NCBI RefSeq assembly: GCF_009914755.1
Contig: NC_060942.1
Length of the DNA stretch: 64,000 nucleotides
Source: the human T2T-CHM13v2.0 reference genome, Homo sapiens
Direction: 5' to 3' (one strand)
The notes below the pieces were generated by a model. It made no database searches. It worked only from the letters and a program-made list of their open reading frames with translations, and had not been told where the DNA came from. A program made the translations under genes and the position numbers. Every line of letters starts with the position of its first letter. Positions within the stretch are counted from its first letter, which is position 1. Below, piece after piece: positions 1 to 20,183 of this stretch.

Positions 1-120
1 CTTCACAGCAACCCTATGTGGTAGATATTGACATATGTATGTTGTAGATGATAAAACAGAAGTTTAGTGTTGACTTAGCATCTTTCCCAAAGTGAGAAAA
101 CTAATATTTAGAATTGAGGA
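1..120 (-). mobile_element. MIR fragment
   Basis: cttcacagcaaccctatgtggtaga...gatgataaaacaga resembles the reverse-strand MIR core. Confidence 0.55.
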
Positions 121-377
121 GCTGTGTGGAGGGAGGAATGTGTTCTAAAGAAACAAAAAAAAAGGAAGAAAGTGTGATAGGAAATGGAGTCTGAATGGAG
201 AACTTTTTATGTTCCCTAGACCTTGAACTTAGTTACGATAGGGAGAGACAAATCTCAAATTAGAAATCAACTGAATTTGCCCTAGGGTCTAACTTGAGAT
301 GTGTGTTGCAGATGGGAATGTTGTCCAAAATGGAGAAAAGAAATGTAGTGTTTTGTTTTTTTTTTTGTCAGTCCTTG

Positions 378-1982
<1,605 letters not shown>

Positions 1983-2832
1983 GCTAGTTACTTAATAAAT
2001 GTTGATTAACTGATGAAATGTGATGAGCTACTAGCATCAATAGCTGTATTCTCTTTCAGAAGAGAAAATATTCTTTTTTAGCCTTGTCACTATTCTAACT
2101 GAAATTCAATTATCCTTATCTCATATTTGCTATAGTAACTATAACTAATAGTTACTGTAGTTTAAAGGCACAGAAAGATTATTATAAATAATTAAGTACA
2201 AATGATACGGAAGTATTTTCTTCCATGACTCTGAATAAGCTGCACATTTTTTAATGAGTTGCAGAAATTATTGTACGTAAAATATGTATTGCACAACCAA
2301 AATATGAAAAGGTAAATTATGCAGGAATGTAGAAAAATTGTAAAATTTCCTACACTAAATACCTAAACACCCTTATACAATATGAATATTTATGCATTTG
2401 TCTTTTAAACGTTTTGTGCATGTGTGTAAGTGGACACATGGTTTCTGAAGAGAATCACATCTATTTTGTTTCTCTTTGAAAGTTGTAGTCAGTATACAAA
2501 CAAAAAGCAAACAAACTAAAAATATTCCATATTTTAGATAAACTTTGATCTTCAATTCATGGAGTATTGTTTCTCTTTATTCTATGGCCTTTGGTCAAAT
2601 ATAATATATAGATTATGTAAGTGGGTAAAATCAATAATAATATATTGAAGTTACAAAGGGCAATATTTTGATACTGAATATAGAGTCCTTTGCTGGCAGA
2701 AAACATAAGAATTTTACGAGATTATAATAAATGATAACATTTTCAACCTCAGTAACTGGTTATCTCTTCCAGGATCCCAACTAAAATTAACCCAGGAGTC
2801 CAATAGAGAGAAAAAGTCAAAATTGTGGCTGG

Positions 2833-2978
2833 ATATATATATATAAAATATTATAAATTATATATATGTTTATAATATATATAAATGTATATATAAATAA
2901 TATATAAAATTATATATAAATAATATATAATATATAAAGTTGAAGAGGCTTATAAAATAAAAAGACATATATATATAA
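2833..2978. repeat. Interrupted (TA)n low-complexity tract
   Basis: Direct reading; contains a 32-bp non-repeat insert (see findings). Confidence 0.9.
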
Positions 2979-5149
2979 TGAATGCTTTAAGTAAGTGTTG
3001 GAACTAGCACACATTTTGTAGCACTGAAAAGGGTTAATAAAAAAAATTTCTGTGTACTGTTAAGTGGCTCCTTTAACTGAATAATATTGGTATGCTATAT
3101 ATTTTAGATCAACTACTGAAATTGCTTTACTCTACTCTTAATCCTTACATTAATTAAAATAGAAAAAGATATTAAAAGAAAGATCTGAGAGTCCATCCCC
3201 ATGTTTAAAATGTTATGACCTTGACACAAATTCTGAAACTAATACAATAAATGTAATAAAGTAAGTGATCAAAAGTGTGGCAAAAGCAATAAAGGTTAAA
3301 ATATTAACTCCAGAGTCAATACTCTAAAAGATGAAAAACAATGGAAAGCCATGGAGACTGTGGACATGTTTGAGAAGTTGCTGATGGAAGCATTGTTACT
3401 AATATAATGACTTCAATGAAGTACTATTTTTGCTATTAAGAGCTATTACTTCATAATTTAATGGACAGTGATGTGGTTAGTAAATGAAGTCAGCATCAGT
3501 GTTAATAATACTTTCAAATTTACCTACTTTAAAAAAATTGTATTTTTTTCCTCTATGTACCCATCTGAACCTATCTAAAAATATTGAAAGTCATATCTTT
3601 TCTATAACACTCTTTCGGGTCAGTGACATCTCAGTTAACTATCCACTAGGGAATTGGAGATTTGTTTAATGGATTTTTTAATCCAGATGCAACATACCTG
3701 CCTATATCACATAATTACAGTCCTTCTAGCAGATCTCTCATTATTTAATCATAAGATGTTTAGCAGCTTAATTGTAACAAATTTCCAATCTAAAGCTAAT
3801 TAGCAAGTACATGTTAGAAGTTGAAGAGGCTTATAAAATAAGAAGACATTTCTTCTTCATGATGTCAGCACCATGAGCCAAATCTGCTGGGCTCCTGTCC
3901 TTCCGCCTCCTTATGTCCTGCTCTGGCTTTCCCTCTTTCATCTCCAGGAGATGGGCTGGTGCTTCTCAATACTCAACCTAAATGGGACATTTAGTTCCAG
4001 TTCCTAAATTCTCCATGAAGATTCTTTCTGATGGATTTAAATCAAGGAATACAAGCTGTTTCTCAATAGCCATGGAAAGTAAATCAGGGTAACATATTAA
4101 GACTGATAACTTCAGTTCTAGCTACATCCATTAATATCATCAACCACAATAGATGATTTAAAATGTCTAGGGGATGAAGAAAGAAACTAGAAAAAGTCTT
4201 GCCATGGAGTCCTGTGACCATTTAATAAACGTTGGCAGAATGAAGTAAGATCATTTACTGTATAAAGTATAATGGTGCCTATTATTTTTCATTGGACATG
4301 CATTTAAAATGAGCCACTGAGCCAATAAAATGATACTCATATTAATATAATTACAAGTAATTACAGAAAGATCCATCTAACAAGTAAAAAGAAAACTAGT
4401 TTTATTATAATTTTAGTTGAAAATTCTCCCATTTGATAAGAATATTTGAAACTTTCTGATTTCTATAGAAATTTGTTTCTGAACATATTAATCTGATTCA
4501 ATAACATAAATTCAGTTTTTGCACAGTCTCTTAGTCAAGATTTTAAGGTTACATTAATATTCATTATTTTATAACAACTAATTGCTTGTCTGGCAACCGA
4601 GACACAAGGCCTTGGGAAGAGATTTATCAAGAAGTAGATAAAATAAGGAAATTTGAAAAATCTATTTTAAGGATGCAAAGGATCACAAATTCTCCACCAA
4701 CTGCCCAAAACGGCTAGAGGTTCCTGGGGGTGTCCACGGCTGAGCAGACCTGCTGAGTCGTTGCTTGCTTATCTCCTAACACTGGAGCCAAGCATCATCT
4801 GCTATCCCAGATACTTGTGAAATGCAGGTACTCATTTGCCTCTCTGGCTTAAGACCTAAAAAAGAAGCAGGTGCAGTTGTCTGGCTTATTTTACTCCGGT
4901 TATATCATCATCAGAGTTCCCCATTATCTGTTTATCACTTGGACAATGAAAGAAGACAGAAAATGAATGCAAGTGAGAGAAAATCCCCCTTTTCCCAGCC
5001 AAACAAATGAGTTCAAGCCCCTGACTTCATGCCTCCTTTCCCACAGATCCCACACTGAACTCAAGGGAACTTTCAAGAATATGCACAGGGATTAAAGGAG
5101 AGACTAGTGGAAGGTAAACCCAGGTATGATGCAGTGTATGGAAGGTGGG

Positions 5150-5310
5150 ATGGGAGGGGGCAGAGAAAGAGTGTGTGAGATAGAAGGAGACACAGAGAAG
5201 CAGAGAGGGATGGTGAGAGAGAGAGAGAGAGGAGAGAGAGATAGAAAAGGGCAGAGAGACAGAACGGGGAGACAGAGAGAGAGAGAAACAGAGACAGAGA
5301 CAAACAGAAG
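5150..5310. repeat. GA-rich polypurine simple repeat
   Basis: (GA)n and GAGACA-type repeats. Confidence 0.85.
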
Positions 5311-6669
5311 GACAGTGCTGTGTGCTAAAATGCATACATGTTCTCAAGCTCTTTAGACGAAAGACTATTCCAACCTATTACCATTCCTAAATAGAAAGGC
5401 ACAATTGGCGAGGGAAAAGGCATGAGGGAAAGAGATTTGCTGATAAAATATGTTTGGCTTTGTGTTTACCACCACTGTTTATTGCATTGATTATATTTTA
5501 ATTAGAAAGGCATATACACATTTTGACAAAGTCAAACAAAGAGTTTACAAATAAAGACAGTAAATCTCCATGCTTCTTGGACCTCCAATTCCACCCCTCA
5601 AAGTAAATACTCTTAACTATTGGATGAGTCTAGTTCTAGTATTTTTTTATATGCTAGTAAAACTTGGGTGGCTAAATTCTGATGAGTATCAGCACAGCAG
5701 ACAGAGAATGGGAGGAGAAATGCAAAGAAAAACATATGTTTCCAACTCTGTGCCAGATATATTAGATACATGAGGTGAGAGACCTCATTAATCTTGTTCT
5801 GATAAACCTCAAGCCTCAGAGCACCATCCAGGATAGAGTCACTACTTTAAAAATATTCGCAAAGAGAAGGAGAGATGGTAAGGAGGAAAGAAAGGAAAAA
5901 GGAAGGAATGAGAGGAGAAAAGAGAAAAAATCTGAAATGTTAAATTCTACCACAGCCTGATTGAACGAGTTTTATAATGCTGATTTTGCAGATTAAAACA
6001 GTGAGGCTTTGAGAAGTTAAGTAATTAGCCCAGAAGTCCATGCTGTTGCTACTAAAACAAGCTGCCCGTGGTAGGTACAAAGTGCTATTTAAGGAAGACC
6101 TGTTCTGGTGAGCTGCCATGAGGGAAGTGACATGCAGACTTCAGGAAGACAAGTCATCTGAAGTTAAGTCTACAAGGCAAAGAAGGGATCTGTTCCAGGG
6201 TATTGCCCATTACAGAGCTTCATGTATTCCCATGCGACAGACCCCACAGGCCAAAACACATTTGTCTGACTCAGTATTAAGCTTTGTCAATTGCTCAGAC
6301 TTTCCCTTAGACTATTATATTACATGAAAGATATGATGCCTTGAAGCAAAGATATTAAAATACAAAAAGAAAGATAAAATAGAAGCATAAAAAGGTAAAA
6401 TACAGTGTCACATTGTTGTACCAGTTGAGTCATTAAGCAAAAAAAATTGTGAAAATTATATTACATATTTTAATTTTACAATTAAATAACTGATTCATCA
6501 GGGTTCTACCAAGATGACACTAATTTATTCAGTTTATTTTCAGAAATTTATTCAGTATACTTTCAGTTCATTTTCAAAATAAAACAAAAGCTGGAAACTC
6601 ACCAATAACCTAGATGACCATGTTTGCAAATACATCTGACCATAATAATTTAGAGAAAGCTGTGACTTG

Positions 6670-7179
6670 GTTATAGTACATTTATAGTAAGTTTTAAAAT
6701 CAGGTAGGGTAACTCCTCCAATTTATTATTTTTCAAAATTCTTTTTAAAATTTAAGCCCCATTGCATTTTCCTATAACACTCAAAATTATCTTGTCAATT
6801 TTATAGAAAAAAGCCTGCTAGCATTTTGCAAGGGGGTAATGAATCTATAGATCAATTTGCTGTATTACAAATATTAACTCTTCCAATGCATGATGATGGT
6901 GAATTACTCCAATTATTTAGGTCTTCTTGAATTTCTCTGAGGAACATTTTCGAATTTTCAGTATGGTATGTCTTATACTTCTTTTATTCAGTTTATTACT
7001 AAGAAACTAATTATTTCATGCTATTGTGAGTAGAATGGTTTTCCTAACTTAATTTTCAGATCATTTGTTGATAGCATAAATGCAATTCATTTTTGAATAC
7101 TGATCTTATATCCTGAGACTTTGCAAAATATTCTGTTAATTTGAGAAGTTTTATATGTGTGCATTCCTTAGAAATTTCT
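6670..7179 (-). mobile_element. Old L1M ORF2 fragment (left part; host of the L1PA insertion)
   Basis: Antisense ORF2-like text (gaatctatagatcaatttg; tgatcttatatcctgagactttgc) that resumes at 10173. Confidence 0.7.
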
Positions 7180-11900
<4,721 letters not shown>

Positions 11901-11930
11901 TAATGTTATTGTTTTAAAAATTATTTTTCA

Positions 11931-12246
<316 letters not shown>

Positions 12247-12305
12247 TAAAAAAAAGGAGAAATTACACATTCACAAACCCACATGCACATGTATACATGT
12301 ATTTT

Positions 12306-12942
12306 CAGTTGTCCTCATACACAGTAGTTGTGTTCCATAATATCACTGCAAACAATCAATTAGTGAATACTGAACTGTTACTTCTAGGGAAAATTATGAT
12401 TATGTTTCTGTGAAACTCTGGTCCCAACACTTTAGGCAACCAATCAATATTTGATCTTGTTTTATGTGTGTTTCTGTTTAAACACACCTTATTTAATATA
12501 CTGTATATTGTTGATTCATTAAGATTGAACTTATAGCCAATGACACTATAACTCATACATGAATGAAGCTGACGTAATATATGTATTTTCTCTGTAAGGC
12601 ATACCACAGCCTTCTTATACATAGGAATGCTAGACAGTACTTCATCACTATGTTTGAGGGCCATTGTCAGCAACAAAATCACCAAGAAAAGGACAAAAAT
12701 ATGGTACTCAGTAGACCATAAAAAGGATACTTGCTTATGGTATTACAGTGAAATAAAGCAGAATATTGCCTTGGCCTGAACTCTGGTGAAGACTGTGTGC
12801 ACTGAGTGACTTTGATTTTGTACTGCTCTGTGTATGTCTGTGAATGACCACAAAAGCCCTGAGTATTGATTTTGGGGTTGTAAATAAATTTTAGTGAGTA
12901 TGTGAATTCACAAATACAGAATCCATAAAACCTTAGGATTCA
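12306..12942 (-). mobile_element. MER82 (TcMar-Tigger DNA transposon derivative)
   Basis: Matches remembered MER82 consensus; ORF 12356-12685 encodes a Tigger-like N-terminus (KKAVVCLTEKIHIL...YKFNLNESTIY). Confidence 0.8.
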
Positions 12943-12959
12943 TACACACACACACAATA

Positions 12960-14402
12960 TTTTCTATTTAAATACATACTTTTCAATGGTGATCTTCATT
13001 ACTTTCTGTGTATCTGAGATACTATCTAGTGTTATTGATGTTTCCTTTCATCCCGTATCTCCTTCATCAAATACCTTTATGCACTTTTACTTATGTCATT
13101 ATGAAACTCCTATTATGTACATGTTGACACACAAAATGGTGTCTTGTAGGTCTGAGTGTTTATTTGTCTTTAATAATTTTTTCTCTGTTCTTCAGATTGG
13201 ACTATTTCCAATGATCTTCAAGGGAAAGTATTTTTTTTTCTACCATCCCAAGTTGCTGTTGAGCCTCCCTTGTGATTTTTTAACTTTAATTGTATTTTTC
13301 AACTCTAGAGCTTCTATTTATTTCTTTTTTATAGTTTCTCCTTTTCTGTTGAGAGTTCACATTTATTGATTTCATATTTACTTTTTATTGATTATCATAT
13401 TTTATTTAACATTTAATTATAGTTTCTTTTAATTTGTACATAGTTGTACTAGTAAATGCTTGCCTGATTTTCAGCACATCTCAAATATTTTTGTTGAAAG
13501 CTCAACGTTTTACTTAATACACAATACTCAATATTTATCTTTATGTTTCTGAGATTTGTGGGCTTTTTTCCCTCTTCTTTTTTTCCTCTGTGGAATCTAT
13601 CTCCCTTGCTCCCTTGAGTATGTGGCTACTGAGGACTATGTTAATGTTTTTCAATCTTTATTTTCTTACCTTAGCTTCCTAGTGATTGTTTCTATATATC
13701 ATAATTTATAGCTCAGCCAATGATTTGGGCACACGCTGTGCTCAAACACTTCTAACTATAAGGATTACACCCTTTGCTTACCAATCTGTGTGGAGGGCAT
13801 AGAGTGGATTCAAGGTTCAATGATTTTTCGTCTCCCTTGGCTTTTATTTTTCACCTGGCCCTCTCCTGTCAAGCACATTCACTTGTGATGTATAAAGAGC
13901 CTAATTGGCCCTTCCACAGCTCTCTCATTTCCAGAATCTTCCACATTCTATTTTTGGGTAGTGTATCATTTACCCCAACAGATACTACAATCTCAGGCTA
14001 GCAAAGTGGTGGGTTTTCCCTGCTTGTTTTCAGTGGTATTACCCATTTTTTAGTTAACAGTGCCGCAAAGTTTATTTCATTGCTCCAAACTGAGTCAGCT
14101 CCCTTTGCCTGCAAAGCTGCTGCTTTTCTGGCTGAACTTATGCTGGTAAAACTTTTTTTCACTTACTGATTTGTGGAGAAGGGGGAAACAATCCCAGGCA
14201 GAAAGACAATAGACTACTGCTGTTCTTACTCAAATCTCTACCGTGGATATTTTTTCAAGAAGAAAGATGATCAATTTGTTGTCTGTCTTTAGTCAATTTA
14301 CAGAGCCCTGAAATTGTTGTATGAGACAATTGTATATGATTTTGTTCTTTTTTGTGTAAAGAGAATTAACCTACCACTTTATCCCTTGATAGCCAGAAGT
14401 CT
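12960..14402 (-). mobile_element. Old L1M ORF1/5' region
   Basis: T-rich antisense ORF1-like text (ttttctctgttcttcagattgg), ending in ccagaagtc. Confidence 0.55.
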
Positions 14403-15394
14403 CTCCTTCAATCATTATATAACATAAATTTTACATACATGGAAAACAAGGTTAGAGAAAGAAGTAATTTAACAGATTTTGGTTGGAATTTTACTTCTCC
14501 TAGTTCTCTGTGCTGTGTTCATTTCACCAAAGCTTGCTGAATGGTGTATTATCCTGTTTTCCCCCTCAACTTACTAGAAAGGCTGATTTATTTTATGTGT
14601 TCCAGTGACCACAAATTTATATTTCTAAAAAGTAAGAAATATACCATAGCATGCCATACTAGTGTCTTAAAATCAAAAATAAATACTTTCTTTAGAGTAA
14701 TTGGGTGATTTTTCTTTAAAAATAAACATATAAAACAGCACATGAAGCATTTTATCGTCTAATTCAATATTTTGCCTTGGATTGGCTGCTTTTCCAAAAG
14801 AATACTGATTTCTCAATGTCATTTTTTTCTAGTTTCTCAGCTGCAGACTTCAAGTATTGCATTAGGTGCTGACTACATAGTAATAATCCGCTTGATAGCA
14901 TCTGTGGTTCACACTGAAATTGTATCCAGAATCAGACATTATTTCTTTACCTGATTTAAGCAAAAATAAGCCTAGCTAGGTTTCATGCATTGTGTATCGG
15001 TATAAATAAATAATACACCTTCTCAATGAACCTCTTCTTACTTATCAGGCAGCCAGATAAACAGAAAAAGGTGCCATGACCCCAGCTGATATGTCAATCT
15101 CCTTATTTATACGTGGAGAGGAAATAAATTGTACTCCTTTCAACAGTCAATGTCAAATTTGATCAGTTCCGACTCCAGCTAAGCACTGAATATCAGATAA
15201 CTTCTCTAACTGAACATTTATATTAGAAGAGGTTACCTGAACAGATGAATGTTATACATAGTAAAAATGTATATATTGTATTTGGGTGGGGAAAATATAG
15301 GACTCATTTTTATTTCAAACTAAGAACATTTTGATTCTTTTGGGCTGTTTGGGTATTATAACATTCATTACAATCATTGTGTTCTATATTCAGG

Positions 15395-15907
15395 GTGAGT
15401 TACAAATGACGAGCTTTTTGCATCTCCCTTTTGTGAGAAAATGAGGTCTATTTCCCTATCCCTTGACTGTGGGCTGGCCCTGTGACAAGCAGAACGTAGC
15501 ATGAGTGATATTGTGTGACTGACAAGCATTGGACACAAAAGGTCTTCCAGTTTATAATTTCACCCTCTGTTAATGCTGTCTTCCATTGTGTGAACAAGTC
15601 CAGGCTGGGTTCCATGAAGATGACACACCAAGTAGAAAAACAGGCCTCTTAGGGGAGACATTCCATCAGTCTCAGCCATTTCAGATATCAGCGTTAGGCC
15701 CCAAGTGTCAGTGACACCCTCCAGAAGCAGCTACACCTCCTTTAGACCCTAACTGACCACAGTGAGCCTGGGCCACTCTACAGGGAGCAAGAAATAGATC
15801 CTCTTGAGCCCAGACTAATTTGTCAACTAAGAACTGTGAGCGACAAAATGCTAGTGGTTTTGGGTCAGGTTTTGGAGTCATTTATCCCACAGAAATGGAT
15901 AACTAAT
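15395..15907 (+). mobile_element. MLT1-family MaLR LTR
   Basis: tctatttccctatcccttgactgtgggctggccctgtgac; 3' end aatggataactaata. Confidence 0.65.
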
Positions 15908-15969
15908 ATGATTTTTTCTTAGAATAAATTCAAACACGCTTGTCAAATGCTTTGAACATTCAAACAAAT

Positions 15970-15995
15970 ACACACACACACACACACACACACAC
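15970..15995. repeat. (CA)n microsatellite
   Basis: Direct reading. Confidence 0.95.
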
Positions 15996-16229
15996 TCCTA
16001 CTACAATCACCACAAGAAACAACAACAATAACTTAAAATTTAACCATGATTCATGCTTATAATGTGTAGTCAACATCCCTTAGTTCAGATTCAAAACTTG
16101 GAAATTTAGGTGTCAGAAATTTAGAGTAACAAGTAACAACCTTCTAAAAAATGACTGGGATGCACTTAAATTCTCTTTAAAATGAGTCAAATATCTCCTA
16201 AGCAGATATATTAAAGGGGATAACTTTGT

Positions 16230-16460
16230 ATAATAAAAAGGCCTCAGGCCTTGAAGTAAAATAAACCCAGCTGAGACACCAGCATTGCCACTCACTAGCT
16301 TTGAGAGCTTGCTTCTACTAGGCCTGCTACTTAATATCCCTATCTCCTTATTTGTCAAAATGAAGATAAATGTACCTACTTCAGAGGGTTAGTGTAAGAT
16401 GTAAAGATGTGATATACAGAATATACCTAACACTGTATCACACGCTAGTAAATATTACTT
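16230..16460 (+). mobile_element. MIR
   Basis: tgccactcactagct...ccttatttgtcaaaatgaagataaatgtacctacttcagaggg. Confidence 0.7.
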
Positions 16461-18444
16461 TCCTTCCCTGACCCTGATATTTACCCATAGGGCTGAGAAA
16501 ATATTGGAAACTCTCTCAACATAATCCATTGTAAGTACACACTTCAAAGAGCTGAGGAAAGAAGGTGAGTATTTATATAATATGTGTAAATGAATATAAA
16601 ACATAATATAGAGATACATACATGTAAATAAATTAAAAACAAAATATGTAAACCTATAAAATGTACAAATGAATATTGATTACATGATAGCTGGCAACTC
16701 TTTAGCAATACCTGGAAATAATGAATATATTAGACTAATGAAAGTGTTTACTGTTAAAAACAGCTCAGGAACAGCAGATGGTACGGCTATAATTTGGATC
16801 CTAATCCAAGGCCTTCTCAAATCACAGCAGGAATCAGGTAAACTGATCAAGATTTTCCATAAGACACACAAGAGGAATGGGGGATAAGGAAATCCCGCAG
16901 CACACCAACAAGTTCCATACCCGCTGATATATCTGTCTGTGCTTCTAATTTGTGTTCTTTCCTTTGCCAAATTTCAGGTATCTCTTGGGCATTTGTCTAA
17001 GGAAAAAGCAGTACCCCCTGTGTTGAAGGTGACTTCTTCAGTGTAATGAGACTGCTTTGAAAACCAAACACCCGGGAAGAATGTGGAGTACGTGTCTGAA
17101 CGATGCCAAGATGCCTCCTTGACACCACGCTCTGTATTTCTAGGCAGTTGTGCCAATCAATTGTTCTTGAATATTTTTCACTAATTTTAAAATCTAGATG
17201 CTGATCTATTTTATAGAATTAAGGAAACATGAAGGTCTGGATTTTTTATAAAAATTTACATTTATACAAGGGGACTCAAATTACATAGAAATGCTCAGCA
17301 TACAATTTTGCAGAGGATCAAAATGGTAGAGGTCTTCCAGTGTTATATTTTTATAATACATTTCTCAGGAATTTTAATAAACATCATTAATAATCTGCAA
17401 AAAAACTGCAGTCAAAAAACCATTGAATAAACTTTATATAAAAAAGTACATTACAGAAATGAGATTTTTACAAATATTTAACAGCCCTTCTTACTTCAAC
17501 ACTAAACTCTGCAAATTATCCTTAGCTTTTAAAATGTTTTCACATATACTCTAGACATATAGCCAGACATTCATGTTAATTTATGCGTATTGTAAAATGC
17601 AAAAAATACTAATAAGCATGAAAATTGCCATGAAGATAAATGGGAAATATATTTTATAATGGGAATGTAGATGTATCACAAGTTGATAAATGTGTTACCT
17701 ATTTAAACATCCAGTTTGAGCACAGAAAGGCTCGCATAGATATTGCACAATTTACATATTAAAACAATTTATCTCCCCAAAATATTGGTGTGTACTTTAT
17801 AAATTATCATTTACAAAGAAATTATATATTCTTCCCTGCTGAATTATCAATATATTCACAGCAAATGCTTTATAAGTAGTCAGATAGTCAGTTATTTCAT
17901 CTTAATCACTGATACCCCTTTTTACTATTCTTGTTGCCTTTAAAACCACAAAGAAGATTAAGTACAGCTTCCTGCATTCCTTTCATGGGAATATTATGTT
18001 TTAGAGTCTGTTCACTGGTTAGGAATCCAGATAATAGCATTTGAAGCACAATCAAAAAAAGCATATAGCTGTTTATTTGTAGCTCTAATAAAACATCTGC
18101 CTGCTCTTTTTAAATTAGTAATTTCCTACTTAATGTACAGTTCATACAATATTTTAGACACATTTAAACTTAAAAGTAAATACCAATGCAGCATCACTGT
18201 TTTAAGATGCTTCATAAATATGTTGCAGATTTCTATTTTAAATGCATGTCAGGTTATGCCTCCAGGCTACGTAAAGAAAAGATACTGAATTTCTTATAGT
18301 TGAAGAGTGGAAGAAAGAAAATATCCAACTTTTCTTTGCCCACCTTGGATGTGGTTTCTCTTATTGTTTCTCTCTCTCTCAGATATTCCCAGTAAATCTT
18401 AATTTTCTTTCTTTGCCAATGAAACCCCTCCTTTGTAAATTTCA

Positions 18445-18786
18445 AAATAACTGGAAGAAAAATTTGGAATGTTCTCAGTACAAAGAAATAATAAATGTTT
18501 GAGGGGGATGGATATTCCAACTACCCTATTTGATCACTACACTTTTTTTGTTTGTTTTGTTTTTGAGATAGAGTCTCACTCTGTCACCTAGGCTGGAGTG
18601 CAGTGGTGCGATCTTGGATCTTGGTTCACTGCAACCTCTGCCTCCCAGATTCAAGCATTTCTCCTGCCTCAGCCTCCAAGTAGTTTGGACTACAGGCACA
18701 TGCAACCAGCTCACTACACATTTTAGGAATGTAACAAAATATTACGTGTACCCCAAAAGTACAACATTACATATAGAGTAAAAATT
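18445..18786 (+). mobile_element. L1MA 3'-end fragment interrupted by a partial Alu
   Basis: caaagaaataataaatgtttgagggggatggatattccaactaccctatttgatca...gtaccccaaaa. Confidence 0.7.
18543..18710 (-). mobile_element. 5'-truncated Alu (right monomer only)
   Basis: Right-arm consensus with T tail; flanking direct repeat tcactacac at 18534-18542 and 18711-18719. Confidence 0.9.
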
Positions 18787-19871
18787 ATTTAAACAGCAAA
18801 ATCGATGTGACTGATCCAGTGTCTGTATCTCCTAGGCATGATGATCTCCAAAGTGTGCAGGTGATTTATATAGTTCAGAGCAAAACTCTCAAGGTGACCC
18901 ACTGAGATACAGGGAGGAAATATTAAGCCTCTACTCATTTCATCTGAAGCGTAAGGTACCCAGGAAGCTTCACTACTACATGAAGCACAGTTTGACTGGG
19001 GCATATCCGCTTGGTTCTTGTGTCACCTGGGCTCAGACCGCTCCTGGTGCAGCATGTCCCAAGGGAAGAATGCGAGTGCCCACCGCAAGGGGCTGCTCGC
19101 TGGCTCTGTTGCTGCACTTGTCTGTTTCCTTAAAGTTTACAGTTTAGGTGCATCCATGTAAGAGGATTTAAGAGGTTGTGCAATTTAATTTCAGCCAAAT
19201 CAATCCCTACAAAGCAATTATTAGTTAAAGAAGATTCCTGAAAAGGAATCATAAAAGGTAAGACTAAAAGATTTCTGAAAAGAAACCATAAAAACGTAAG
19301 GCTAAAAGTGGATGCCCAGGCAGGGCTGATAGATCCTCCACCAGGAGGGACACATGCAGCTCACAGACCAGAGCCTACTCCCACCAATATGGTATCCATT
19401 CCAAAATCTGGGCACTGTTGGGATTGGTTATTAGAGATGTTATGACGTAAAAAAGACAGAACTTGATCCACTACAGTTAATGAGAAACTTCATCAGCTTC
19501 ACACTGAACTAAGTGGCAATCTTGTCTTCATCAGATCTGCTACGGAATCAACCAAACACTTATTATCACTAATAGAAACATGGATTTACGCCCAAGATTA
19601 TAAACAGTAATAGGGCCCTAAGTGTATATTATGCTGTGAGTTACTATTGTCGTATGATTGTAGGAATCATCACATTTATCACACAGAGCTTGTGCTGTGA
19701 TTATTAAAAATAGGCACACAGAGCATGAAGACAATTATCTATGACTTTTTGGCAATGCTTACAAAATTTTGTTAAATCTTTATGTTAAATATCTACAAGT
19801 GCCATTTGTGGTTTGCTAACATTATTATCATCCTATATTCATATCACTTGTAAATATTTTTAAATGTATAA

Positions 19872-20183
<312 letters not shown>

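Noticed and set aside
5027-5356. Overlapping ORFs rich in Ser/Leu or Arg/Glu
   Set aside because: Products of the GA simple repeat, which lacks stop codons.
17400-18250. AU-rich stretch resembling a protein-coding gene 3'UTR on the minus strand
   Set aside because: No upstream coding exon could be identified, and composition alone is not diagnostic.
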